In this document: piece after piece, positions 14,781-27,260 of the stretch
Position numbering within the stretch: position 1 is the first letter of the stretch
Layout of the letters: each line of letters begins with the position of its first letter
Assembly (NCBI GenBank): GCA_951406725.2
Contig: OX597830.1
Location: 310,001 to 374,000, forward strand
Length of the DNA: 64,000 nucleotides
DNA from: Octopus vulgaris
Taxonomy: Eukaryota
Direction: 5' to 3'
Position numbers and translations under genes: made by a program
Notes under the pieces: generated by a model
Told to the model about the DNA's origin: nothing
The model's input: the letters and a program-made list of their open reading frames with translations, nothing else
Database searches by the model: none

Positions 14781-14928
14781 AACCGAGAAAACGAGTTTCA
14801 GATTGTCAAGCAAAAACAATATTCAGTTGATAGTACCAGAGGTCAAGAGGTCAAATCTACAAATTATTATAGCTTTACAAAATTTGGTCGTAAACGAACT
14901 ATGTGTTGCGTCACATATACATACACGC

Positions 14929-15005
<77 letters not shown>

Positions 15006-15101
15006 ATGTATGTATAAGGATGAAAAGGAACACACGAGTTGATATATATGAAAAAACAAGTCAGGATAGAAAATGCTAAATTAATTTTATAAAGAACATT
15101 T

Positions 15102-15137
15102 CAGTACCGGTTTCAGTCATTGAGACCTTTTCAACTG
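15102..15137 (-). ncRNA. Minimal type-I hammerhead ribozyme motif, U3-A8 core variant
   Basis: Minus strand cag-UUGAAAA-GGUC-ucaau-GACU-GAAA-CCGG-UA-cug: stem I cag/cug, stem II GGUC/GACU, palindromic ACCGGU stem III. Lies in the PLE 3' end. Confidence 0.7.
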
Positions 15138-15456
15138 TAACAATTAAATATTTGTATAGTGGCATTTTCCTTGTTTCTGCCTTTCTCTGTCTCTCTTGTT
15201 TACTCCTGTGGTCTCGAGGTCGTTGTGAATTCTTGGTAGGGCAGAAGAAGAAGGAGGAGGAGGAGAGTGGGAGAAAGAAGACGAAGAATTTGGGAGTGCC
15301 TTGATTGTAGTATTTTGAATGGTCAGTGGAGACTAGCAGTTGCTGTTCAATTCATGAAAATATTTCTATTGAAAGTTTTGTTTATAGAATTTGCGTAGGT
15401 GTTATACTAAAAAGCATTAGTGATAAAGTTTGGAATGAGAAGGAAGGAAAAGGGGA

Positions 15457-15504
15457 GAAGAAGAAGAAGAAGAAGAAGAAGAAGAAGAAGAAGAAGAAGA
15501 AGAA

Positions 15505-15530
<26 letters not shown>
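15457..15530. repeat. (GAA)n microsatellite inside the PLE 3' UTR
   Basis: Directly visible; explains the poly-K and poly-L pseudo-ORFs. Confidence 0.95.
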
Positions 15531-15536
<6 letters not shown>

Positions 15537-17369
15537 AAGAGAAGGGAGAATATGAATGAGTGAAAGTAGTGAGGTGTTGGATGACTTAAAGTTGGCACGT
15601 TATGAATTATAGCAGTGATTGGGGCTGATTTTTAATGGATTCTTAGGAATGTAATATTTGCGTGTGTATTTGTGTTATTCTAAGGCCAGGGTGGATATAT
15701 CGTTTGTCGTAGACGCGTTCAGAAGGGGCCTGTATTTTGTAATAAAGAGAGTTTTTTTACTAATTCGTTGGCTCCAGGTTGTATCGTCCCTGAAATTGTA
15801 GAGGGGAAAAATTCTGAAGCTTGGAGTTTTGTTGTTGGCACAAATGTCGATGTGTTGGCTGAATGCTATTTTTCTGTTTTGGGAAATTTTTATCTGGGAT
15901 CTGTGCAGGGCCATTCTTTAAGGTAAACTATTTTTTGTTTGGCCTATGTATTGCTCTTGACACCCAGAGCAGGTTAGTGTGTATATCAGGTTCTCCGAAG
16001 CACATGTGAAGTTGCTTTTCACTGTGAAACGTTGTCCCTGTTTGAAGGAGAACTCTGATCCCTCAATTAGATAATCGCATATCCCACAATTGGGTCTTCC
16101 ACATTTTTTTACTGTCGGCTTCTGTGTTGGTGAGCGTATTCGGGCTTGTGTTAAGAGACTTTTCATAGATTTGGGCTGTCTCTTGCTTTTTATGATCGTG
16201 TGTGTTTGGAGGATTAAGTTCATTCTGTGGTCCTTTTTTAGCAGGGGTATGTTTTGGAGGATGGTGTCGAAGGCTTCATTATTGAGAGGGTTGTGTGTGT
16301 ATAGTAAGGCTTTTGGTCGTAAATTTTTCTTTAATTTGGGATGTCTGAGTTCCTGGATGTTGAGTTGAAGGGCACATTGAATTAGTGAAGGTGAGTAGTT
16401 CCTGGTGATGAGGGTATCTTTTAGTTCATGTAGTCGTGTGTCTCTGTTGTTTGTATTAGAAACTATAGTACATATCCTTTTTGCTAGATTGAAGGGGATA
16501 TTCATTCTGGTGTGTTTGGGGTCGCATGAATTGAATGGAAGATATAGCTTGGAATCCGTAGGCTTGTAGTATATATCTGTTTCTATTACATTATTAGATT
16601 TCTTAATGAGGATGTGGAGGAAAGGGAGTTGTTGCTGGCTATATTCCATCGTGAATTGGATGTTTACGTCAAGTCCATTTAAAAGTGCTTGGAATTCTTT
16701 AAGTTTGCCAAAGAATGAAACAGTCATCTAGGTATCTCTTCCAGTTGTTTTCTATGTAGATGGAGAAAGGGCTGCCATATCTTTCCAGAACCTTACGATA
16801 CAGACTGATTTCTAGATATTCCATGACTAGGTTGGCAAAGGAGGGGGCCATTCGTGTACCCATCGCAGTCCCCGATTTTTGTCGGTAGAAGTTGTCTTTG
16901 AAGGCGAAGTAGTTATTTTCCAGGATGAATTTTAGACCTTCTATCACAAATTCTTTTTTGATGCGATGTGGGAGTTCGTTGGCGTGATTCTCTAGCCAGA
17001 ATTGAATTGCCTCGATTCCTAGGTTGTGAGGGATATTGGAATAGAGGTTGACTACATTGAAGGATACTAGTAGGATGTTTCTGTTTATTGTTTTAGGCAG
17101 GTGATTGAGCATATCCAGGTCGTCCCCTATATAGCTTTTGACATGTTTGAGGAGTGGTTTTAAGAGGGTATCTAAAAAGTTACTGAGGAGGTGGGTTTCG
17201 CATGCGGGACCTGCTATTATAGGTCTCAATGTGAGGTCATTAGGAGTAGGGACTTTAATTATTTTGTCTGTGGCTATCTTGCATGCGTTACTTATTTTCT
17301 CACTTTTGTGTATCTTGAGAATACCGTAGAATTGGCTGGTTTTACTTGTGAAATTGGTCATATATATAC

Positions 17370-17720
17370 AATACAAATAAGAAAATGGAGAAACAAATTT
17401 AGTTTGTTCATCAACTTTCGGATATTAGAATGTTGGATTATTTATTCATTTAACAAAATGAGAACCTGAATAGCATACATATGTATCTTATAATTCAATA
17501 CATATAACATAAGAATACAAATTATAAAAGTCATAATATAAATTATTGAAATCATTAAAATCACTTCTTACAGCTGTTTCAGTAGTTAATTTTATTTTTA
17601 TTGCCTATAGGTGTCAACATACTGAGGTTGTAGGCATTTAAAAATATTAATATTAATACACATTAAACATGATACATGCTATCCCATAGTGGGTTACACC
17701 CATAACTCCTATCCTACTTT

Positions 17721-17759
<39 letters not shown>

Positions 17760-18075
17760 GTACAAAATAAGAAAATGGAGGATTATATTCCTGGATTTGG
17801 ATGTTCCTATTTAATTAGTTAATAAATTATATGAATTGGTATTATCTGTATGTTGATGATTGTAAGGAATATATTCCTCCATTTTCTTATTTTGCATTAT
17901 GAATTTGAGGTAAAACACTTTACCTTCGCCCATATAATACAATAAATGAACTAATTGCATTGCAATTGTAAGCATTTATGTATTAGCCTATTGGGCACTT
18001 CACTGGCAGTATATTGGATAATTGATATCCCATAGTGGGTTACACTCTTAACCCCTATCTCACTTTGTACTTTTA
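17370..18075. mobile_element. Cluster of rearranged pLTR fragments of a (TA)n-associated PLE family related to 60095-60660
   Basis: Motif aaataagaaaatggag at about 17375 and 17766, inverted at about 17877. Terminal motif atcccatagtgggttacac..cctatc..actttgtac before (TA)n occurs twice (about 17681, 18026). Hammerhead remnant gaaacagctgta on minus at about 17568-17580. Confidence 0.65.
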
Positions 18076-18077
18076 TG

Positions 18078-18115
<38 letters not shown>

Positions 18116-18824
18116 GCAGACATGAACACTTACAAGAGTAAGTGTAAAGTGATGAAACTTCTGAACCGAGGCTACCTTGCCCTAGCCCTGATATCAAACA
18201 GTTATCACTGAATATGAGCAATCACAAATAGTCAGAAATCTTTGGACTTATTGGCTTTTCACAAATACGTTGGTAGGGAGAATTTGAATGTTTTCTTCAC
18301 CAAATACCCACGGCAACCAATTTATCTATTCTTGGCTGTCAGAATAAATGAAACTGAAGAATGGTGACAATCTTCATAGCTATACAAAATATCAGTTCTT
18401 CGCTCGTCTGTAGAGGGAGCAACTCTCAAATTCATAAAATGCTTTCACAACTGTGTGTCATCAAAAGGTCATGTCTAAAACAGAACATAAGTCGCTTACA
18501 TTAATTCCCTGCCCTACCCATTTATAGTAATAGAAAGACACAAAGAGGGGAGGTCAATGGAGATGGGCAGCAGGTCACACACTAAGGGCTAAGGCCATGT
18601 TTCCTTCCGGTACTTTGGCTATCTCCATAATCTATCTGTGAATGAGGGTCGGGTTAACACGCGAGAATCTATGTGGTCACAAGAAACAATAATCAAATCT
18701 TCCGAAGTGGCATAGCTAAGCAAATATACGTTAGAAAGTCTCGGCCCTGAAAAAATGGGTCGATAGTCACCGATGGATGTTAATGTTGCCAAATGCTAAG
18801 TATGTTTAAGTATTGGTAAGAGAG

Positions 18825-19190
18825 CGGAGGCGCCATGACCCAGTGATTTGGGCAGCGGACTCGCTGTCGTATGATCGCGGTTTCGATTCCCAGACCGAGC
18901 GTTGTGAGTGTTTATTGAGCGAATACATTTAAATGTCCACGAGGCTCCGACAGGAGGTGGTGGCGAACCCTGATGTACTCTTTCACAACTTACTTTCACT
19001 CTTTCTTCCTGTTCCTGTTGTACCTGAATTTCAAAGGGCTAGCCGTGTCACGCTGAATTTCCCCTAGACCTACGTTGAGGGCACACGTGTCTGTGGAGTG
19101 CTCAGCTGCTTGCGCATGAATTTTACGTGCAGACCGTTCCGTTGATCGGATCAACTGGAACCCTCGTCGTCGTAACCGACGGAGTGTTGC
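18825..19190 (+). mobile_element. tRNA-derived SINE
   Basis: A-box-like tgacccagtga and B-box ggtttcgattcc. 3' tail gatcaactggaaccctcgtcgtcgtaaccgacggagtg is shared with the inverted copy at 50555-50830. Confidence 0.85.
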
Positions 19191-19299
19191 TCGCGATTGG
19201 TGAGACAACGTTGAGACAAGATGTCAGCACATTGTTAAGGATCTTACCGCAAGCTTAATCACCAAAAGATCTCACGTGCTGAGTCACTATGCACACAGA

Positions 19300-19560
19300 A
19301 ATTGCTCGCTGTGGGTTCGATTCTCGGAGTGGGAGTTGTGTTCTTGAGCAAAACACTTGATTTCACGTTGTTCTTGTCCACTTAGCTGGAAAGGAGTAAC
19401 CCTGTGAGGGACAAGACTTCTGATCAGGGAGAATGTTGGCCTTCTCCCCTAGCTAGCAGGGTGGCGTCATTTGAAAGCTAAAATAATGCTAAGCACATTG
19501 TGACCAGTGATGTGTATCAACATTCGATAGTCTGGCCGATACCGTGTAGCCGTGACATTA
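19300..19560 (+). mobile_element. tRNA-derived SINE (gtgttcttgagcaa central domain)
   Basis: B-box gggttcgattct. Central gtgttcttgagcaaaacacttgatttcacgttg is shared with the 30905 copy; 3' part resembles 52490-52635. Confidence 0.7.
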
Positions 19561-20499
19561 TCTTTACATACGGGAAAGATTGGGTTAACGAGACTATTCT
19601 CTAGAGACTGGATCCGACTGCTAGCATATCTAGCAGAATATTTCCTATTATCTTAAAAATGATAAGCAAAATTTTATAATCTTGTTGAAGGTGGACTATA
19701 ATTGAAATAAAAACCCTGGCCCCAAACTGAGCAGATGAGATCATAGAATTGTTAGATCAAATATAAATGGGACGGCAACGAAATAAACATCAGCAACGAT
19801 AACAGTAACATAAGCAGGGGCAGCAGTCGCAGCAGCAGCAGGATCAAAACCAACCCCATTGAAATTATACTGAATGGCATCTTTTTTATAAAATGTGTTT
19901 GTAAATCATTGAAATTGCATTTCAAAAGATTCGAAGCAATTCTTCATCCAGTTTTGCTAGAAACGAGATTGGAAGAGGCATTATCGCCACAACATGTCTT
20001 CCTCATTTACCCCTTTTATTTCTGAGCTCAACAGGACGAGCAAGAAAAAAAGGGCAATCAGTGTTTCTCTTCATTTCACATACGTATTGTTGTTGGAGGT
20101 TTGTAGGTTTGTTACTGCAGTTCGTTTCCGACATTGATGTTGTTGCAGCGGTCGCAGCCGTCGTTATCGTTCGTCTTATTGTTACAGCGATTGCTGTTGT
20201 TGTTGTTGTTGTTGTTGTTATGCAGAATTGTATTGATGAAGTTTATTGTATTAGAAGCAATATTTTTAAAGCAAAATTTCGCAACGTTTGTAACGTTATA
20301 GATTATGTTGAATAATGGAAACTTTTGAAGGAGATAAGATGTCAATATGTTAGGATGATGCGATATAACAGCATTCGTATGTGTGTAGAACTGTGTGTAT
20401 GCCTCTCTATAAATATATATGTACATATGTATATGTGTGCGCGTGTGTATGTACGTATGTGTTTATATATAGCATGCACATATAGATATGTAGCCAATT

Positions 20500-20568
20500 A
20501 TTATTAGTGTTTTTATTACTGTTATTATTATTATTATTATTATTATTGTTATTATTATTATTGTTATT

Positions 20569-20599
<31 letters not shown>

Positions 20600-20915
20600 T
20601 TATTTAACTTCAAACGCAAACAAGTTGAAAGAAAGGAAAAATAAAGGTTTATATTAGTCTACCTTTCTGCATTTATAAATGTATGTATGTGTGTGTGTAT
20701 GTATGTATGTATGTATGTGTGTGTGTATGTATGTATGTATGTATGTATGTATGTATGTATGTATGTGTGTGTGTATGTGTGTATGTATGTATGTATATTT
20801 GCATGTGTGTGTGTGTGTATGTATGTATGTATGAATGTATGTATTTATCATCCTGTATGTATGTATGTATGTATGTATGTATGTATGTATGTATGTATGT
20901 ATGTATGTGTGTATG
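20500..20915. repeat. (TTA)n and (TATG)n compound microsatellites
   Basis: Directly visible. Confidence 0.95.
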
Positions 20916-22008
20916 CATTAGTATGCCTCTGTACTTGTATGTTTAAGTTATTTCTTTATTTTTTGTGTCACACGACCATAACCGATTTGTACAGATGTTC
21001 CTATAGGTAACCACATGTTTTAGATATTTATTCAACACATGTAAATAATATTATAGTCGCACACATGCATACAATATTAGTCATACACATGCATATACAT
21101 TCACATATGCATAAAATTTTATTATAATAAATATAAACATACATGCCTACATATATGTATAATACTATGTGCCTATATACATGTGTGTGAGTGTATATAT
21201 ATATATATATATATATAGACCCCACCACTTGCCTATTTATAGACATTCCCAAAAAACAAAACGAAGGTCTACATTTAATGGTGTGATAATGTTTTAATAT
21301 CTTTTCACACTCACACACACACACATACAAATGTAACAATGCGAGCAGGAAAATTGTTCATGTACATTGAGGTATCAATGCCTGCGTGACGACGTGTGTC
21401 AGTGTGTATGTATGCACACACACATACCTATACACATGCACTCACACAATGAGAAAGAGAGCAATGGAGGTTCCATAATAGAGACTTGTGGCTATAGCAG
21501 TCTGAAGTGTGCGCCAGTTTGTGTATACATATTAAAGGGGAGTGAGGGGGGAGAGAAAGAGTAATGCCTGCATATACATCTATTGCCTTAGATACACACA
21601 TGTGAGTGCGTGTGTAAATGTATGTATATATATATATATACATATAAATGTATATATGTGTATATGAATTACAAATGCATATACACATGTGTACACACAC
21701 ACACATATACGTATAGATTAGACAGGCATTCTCTGTATAGAATACACTTCGTAGTGCTCAAGAGATTTGAATTTGAACTGACTCCCCTATATATATATAT
21801 ACATACATCCACAATGTGTACATACACGCATAACGTACGCACACACAAACATATACGCATTCACATATGTATTTATGTATGAGTACATGCATTACACACA
21901 TATACACGTACATGTTTTTACTCATATACACAAATGCAAGCACACACATACACACAAATGTATGACATATGTGTCTATTTTTTATGTGTATATATAGGTA
22001 TCCACTGT

Positions 22009-22067
<59 letters not shown>

Positions 22068-22282
22068 TTGTGTGTTTGCCTGCTCGTGTGTGTGTGGTAC
22101 AAATTCTTATCTTTCTTGACTGATTCGACTCTGTTACAGAGAGGCAACTCTTAAATACTTTATTCACTCAGGTTTTACAAAAAGCCTATTTATGCAAACA
22201 TTTCTGCAGAGTATAAATAGTTCGATAGCTAGATACACGCAAACGCACGCAAGCACACACACACACACACACACACACGCAA

Positions 22283-22326
<44 letters not shown>

Positions 22327-22389
22327 GACTTTATGAATTTAATTTTAATTGTAGAAAGTTTTCTTAATGAATGTCTTTTATTCGTTTTA

Positions 22390-22680
22390 CTCCTTTGACC
22401 GATTTGCGGTCTTTGGAGGGTTTACTCGGACAAATCGATTTCAATGCTGATACTTTGCCGTAGCGCTAAGTCACTAGGACATAAATAAAGCACCACTGCT
22501 TGTGAAGCGCTACTTGTACACACACGCAATGATACACACATACGACGGGCTTCTTTAAGTTTCCTTCAGCCAGATGTATTCCTGATTAGGCTTTTGTTGG
22601 TCAGAAGCCATGCACTAGGAATGAACTCGGCACATGTAGCTGAGAAGGAAACTTCTTACCGCGCAGCCTTGTCTCCCTGG
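22390..22680 (-). mobile_element. Decayed SINE of the family at 50190-50530 and 59865-60050
   Basis: Shared blocks gctaagt, catacgacgggcttcttt and tcgg/gtcga..aatcga. Confidence 0.6.
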
Positions 22681-23277
22681 GTGTGTATGTGTGTGTGTGT
22701 GTGTGTGTATGGAGGAGAGTCATACTGCTTTAATGCCTTATTACCTTACACACTCACCGCTTCAATGAGAGTCAACATCCATTGACAAGGTTACAAAAGC
22801 AATTAACATTTTGGGAAAGAAAATATATAAATATTGAACCGGTGTGTGTGTGTGGCGTTAAGGTATTAGCACACATTATAGCCCCTTGTGGGTAGTAACG
22901 AAATAGGTATTAGCACACATATCCGGCAGTGAACCCACGGCACATTGTCCGACCTGGCCTTCTTGCTGAATACGGTCGGTTGTTAAGTGATAGATTTTGT
23001 TGCTAGTTTTAGAAAGTAGAAATGCAATGTAGGCTCTGACCATGCACTAGGCTATTTATGACAGGTAGCGACAAATATATACATATAGATTGACTGAGGT
23101 AGTAATACGAGTCATAAAGGTCATTATTATGAGATGATTATAAGCATTACATTAACGGTAAGCTGTATATTCGTCTAAATCTTTTATGAAAAAACCAAAG
23201 GGAAACTCTACAAGAAACCAACGTACACACACACATATATACACACACGCGCGTACACACACACAATATTAAATACA

Positions 23278-23330
<53 letters not shown>

Positions 23331-23678
23331 ATAGGGGTAAAATATGAAAAATCAACGAAAATACATATTGCAAATAGAAAAAGGCTATTTATGACAGGTA
23401 GCGACAAATATATACATATAGATTGACTGAGGTAGTAATACGAGTCATAAAGGTCATTATTATGAGATTATTATAAGATGATAATAAAGTAAGAGAACAA
23501 AACGAACCAATGGTTTACGCGAAGCTATTCATCGTTTGAACAACATCGGTTAATATACGGTGTCAGGTCTAATAGTTCCTGAGAAAAAAGATTATTTGTA
23601 AGGGAGGTAAGTAGTTCTGGATTTAGTGATGTGAGTGGTGTAGGGATTGTATAGGGTTTAGTGGTTTCAATTGAAGAG

Positions 23679-25962
23679 TTAGTGGTGTTCTGTATTGAGT
23701 TGTGTGTTCATATTTAGTTGGGGGAGAAATTTGTTGATGAAAAATTTGTTGATGAAAAATGTCTCTTTATTCAACCTTTGTTGCATTGTGGTGTTCTGTG
23801 AGCATTGGTAAAAGGGAAATATTTGGAAATTGGGATTAAGGTTCCTGGCACATCTTTCTATGTGTTCACTCACCTTTAACTGTCTGTATTGTGGGTGACG
23901 GATTTGCTCTTTGTGAATGGTGATTCTTTGACGGAGCGAAATTCCTGTTTGTCCAATATAGAGTTTACCACATCCTATGCATGTCATGACATAGATTACA
24001 TTTGCTGAGGCGCAGGTGAAATTTGATTTGATCTTAAATATTGTTTGAATTGGAATTCTGAACCCTCCAGAAGGTGGGGGCATGTTCCACAGTTAGAACG
24101 TCCACATTTTGTCACTTTTGGCTCAGTAGTTAGTGGGTAAAGTCTAGCGCTGGTTAATATTCTTTTCAGTGACTTCGGTTGCTTTTTGCTTTTTATAATT
24201 TTATATGAGCTTAAAATTCCGTTCATTGTTTTGTCTGCTGTGAGGATGGGAAGGTTTTGGGTGATGATGTTGAAGGCTTCGTTGTTTCTGGGGTTATGTG
24301 TGGAGATGTACGGGAGTATTTTTAAGTCTTGTTTAGTATTTCGGCGAGTTTTCCTTAATCTTTGTATATCTATTCCCTTAGCTCTTTTGATGCCTTCATT
24401 TACTAATGAGATTGGGTAGTGCAAACCTCGTAATGGGTTACCACGAACTTAAGTTATACCAATCATCACTAGAAAAATATGGCGCCTCCTTCAATTGCTA
24501 CTTAAAGGAGAACTGGGAGAGATATCTAGATGATTACTTCATACTTTGGCAAGATAGCATGGATCAACTCCTTGATTTCAAAAGAATGCTCAACAACATA
24601 CACAGCAATATACAATTCACTATGGAACACAACAGTAAACAAATCCCTTTTCTAGACATCTTAATTAGAATAGTTAACAACCACATAGAAACAGACATCT
24701 TTTATAAACCCACAGATTCTAAACAATACCTATTATTTAACTCCTGCCACCCCAAACACATAAAAATCAACATACCCTTTAACCTAGCGAAAATAATCTG
24801 CACCATAGTTTCCGATACATACACTCGAGAACAAAGACTCCTTGAACTTAGATCTACAGCAGCTCTGGACCCCATTGCAATTTCGCATTTCTGTCGATAG
24901 TAAGTAGTATCGAACAAGAAATGATTGTTCAACAGGACGAATTTCAGTGCTTCAATTATAAAATTGTGGTTAATTCGTCCTGGGATCTCTTCTGGGTATT
25001 TTTCTAGCCAGAATGTGATTGCTTCTATACCATAGTCGTATGGGATATTAGTGTATAGATTCACCACATCGAAAGACACCAGTAGAGTTCCGTCCTTTAT
25101 TGTCTTCGGGAGGTGGTTCAGCATGTCTGGGTCATCCTTGATATAGCTTTTCACATATTTTAAAAGAGGTTTGAGTAAGATGTCAAGAAAGTTACTCAAA
25201 CGGTGGGTTTCGCAAGAAGGGCCAGCTATGATGGGTCTGAGTTTGAGGTCAGTAGGGGGAGGGACATTAATGCATAAGCTTGTAGAGTCTTTGCAGGCTT
25301 CACAAATAAGTGGATTTTTATGTATTTTGGGTAATCTGTAGAATAGACTGGGACTGTATTTGAAATTGGATAAATAGTCAATTTCATGTGTTGTAAGACC
25401 CTTTCCATGAATTTGGAGTAAGGAGGATAAGTTTTTCAGTGTTTTCTGTGGGTTGTAATATGTTAGTTTTTCATAGTAAGTATTATTTTCCAACATGGAA
25501 AGTATTAAATTTTTGTAGTACTCTGTATCCATCAGTACTACCGCACTTCCTTTGTCGGCTTCTTTAATAGTGAGGTTTATGTCATTTTTTAGATCGACAA
25601 GGTCTTTCCATTCATTTAAATTAAGGTTGGATTTGATATGATGTTTTGGAATGGTATTGTAAGGAAAACAAGTTATGTGATCACAGAAAACATCAAGTGC
25701 TTTGTTTCTACATTTTGTAGGATGGTACTCACTTTTGTTTTTCACTATTGAGTCATCTTCACTGGTGTAGTTGTAAAGAGCTTCTGTGAGGCGTAATTTA
25801 CGGCAGAAGTCCAAAGTATTGTCCTTAGTTTCATTTGGGTTCGATCTGCGGGGGGGTAGGGGTAAATTTTACACCTCTTGCTAGGATTTTGATTTGTGTA
25901 GAACTCAGGATTTTCTTTGACAGGTTGATTATATTCGGTTGGACTTGTTTATTTGTTTCCAT
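23679..25962 (-). pseudogene. PLE ORF2 (RT-GIY-YIG), disrupted by frameshifts and the 24421-24857 inversion
   Basis: ATG at 25962 gives METNKQVQPNIINLSKKILSSTQIKILARGVKFTPTP, the typical PLE N-terminus. It continues in ORF pieces 24702-25814(-), 24406-24900(+), 23996-24424(-) and 23679-24083(-). Confidence 0.9.
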
Positions 25963-27260
25963 TTCACATCTCTGTTTCTCTGGTTTGCGTCTAAAAAGTG
26001 GTTGTAGTACATGGATTGTAGTGGAAGGTCTGTATTTTGTTTGGTTTGCTGAGGGAAAGGTGGGTGTAAATTGTGTATATGGTAGTATGTTTGTGGTGGA
26101 GTGGTTGTGTAGTGGTTGTACTGAGGATTGTTATATCGTCTGTGGCTAATGTAGATTGGGTTTAATTGATTTTTAATATTGTGATATGGTTGGAGGGAGA
26201 GGTTATGATATCTAGTCATGTCCCGTCTCGCCGACCGCCTGAAGTGGCTGTGTTGGGGGCAAAGCCTCGGAGGTAAGTTATTCCTGGTAGGAAGTGGTTC
26301 ACCAAAACTTCGGTCAGTCTGTGGGTTTCGATGAAATCTTTGGTTTGCATGTGGGAAGATCAAGTCTAGATTTACTCCCGTGGGTTGAATTATTGATAGC
26401 CGCCCGATAGCCATTTGGGGGAGCAAGTGAGTCAGAGAAGGACGAGTTGCGTCCCCTAGACCGTCTGTGGTTAGTGTTTAATACACGTGGGGTAATTTCT
26501 GTGTCTGTTTTTGGATTATTTTTCTTCAGGAAGGGGTTATCCGTTTCGTTTTCTATGTTAAACTGAGTTTCGTAGTTATTAAAGAAATTGGCTTGTTTAT
26601 CCCAGCGTTGTAAGGAGTTAGTTTCTTCATCCACGCAAGTTGTTTTCCATAGTTTAAAAACACTTTCCAAGCAGGGACCGTCCGTAAGTTTCTTTAATTC
26701 GTTGTAAATATCCTCATCGATGTTTTTAACTTAAGGAGTCCTATTTCTGTCTTCATTTTTTCCAGTGCAAGTTTTTCTCTTAATTGTATTTGTTGATCCT
26801 CCTCGTTTAGAATACGCTTAATTTGGAATTTGCTAGGTAAAATTATTGGTGTAGAATTTAGCCAGCGTTCGTAGATTTCTGCCTTGTGATTGTTTTTAAT
26901 CATATTCCAGAAAGTAAATTTTCTGGCTTTAAGTTTTTCATTCCATATGTGGATATCGCGGTTTTTAATAGAAAGTGTAAGTGTGGAGGGATTGCTGTCT
27001 TGTGTATCATCTGTAGGGGGATTTTCATTTAGAGAATTGTTATGAGGTAAAGAGTGAAGAGTGGTGCATAATTCGGACAAATGGTGATTGAGTTGCTCCA
27101 GAGGAAGTTTTTTCTCTTCTTTTTCTTTTGCCTCTTGTGTAGAGCAAGTTAGTTCTTCGATCTTGCTAATTAAAAGTCTCAGATTTGTGTTAATCTCTTT
27201 CAGTTCCTTAAGGGTCTCTTCGTTGAGAGTTTTCGATGCAGAGTTTGAATTTTGCGGCAT
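25929..27260 (-). pseudogene. Putative PLE upstream ORF1 (coiled-coil, low-complexity C-terminus)
   Basis: ATG at 27260 just downstream of the 5' pLTR. Heptad-like TLNEETLKELKEINTNLRLLISKIEEL and QLREKLALEKMKTEIGLLKLK. Pieces 26694-27272 and 25929-26426 share a frame and are bridged by 26314-26670. Confidence 0.65.

Larger units (their letters stand above)
15015..17360 (-). mobile_element. 5'-truncated Penelope-like element (RT + C-terminal GIY-YIG, Neptune/Nematis-like Cys linker)
   Basis: RT: FYGILKIHK, LRPIIAGP, VSFNVVNLYSNIPH, GTAMGTRMAPSFANL, WKRYLDDCF, LPFL..DIYYKPTD. Linker CGRPNCGIC. EN IYTLTCSGCQEQYIGQT..H..HIDIC. 3' UTR has a (CTT)n tract and a hammerhead motif, and ends beside (TA)n. 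Confidence 0.95.

Noticed and set aside
15326-15598. Poly-Lys and poly-Leu proteins
   Set aside because: Both are readings of the (GAA)n microsatellite in a PLE 3' UTR.
18825-18900. tRNA genes here and at 30905 and 40791
   Set aside because: A and B boxes are degenerate, no full cloverleaf is evident, and each continues into a multi-copy SINE body.
23679-25962. Naiad/Chlamys-type or selenoprotein-coding PLE, or telomerase
   Set aside because: The GIY-YIG domain is C-terminal, conserved Cys codons are intact and pLTRs are present.
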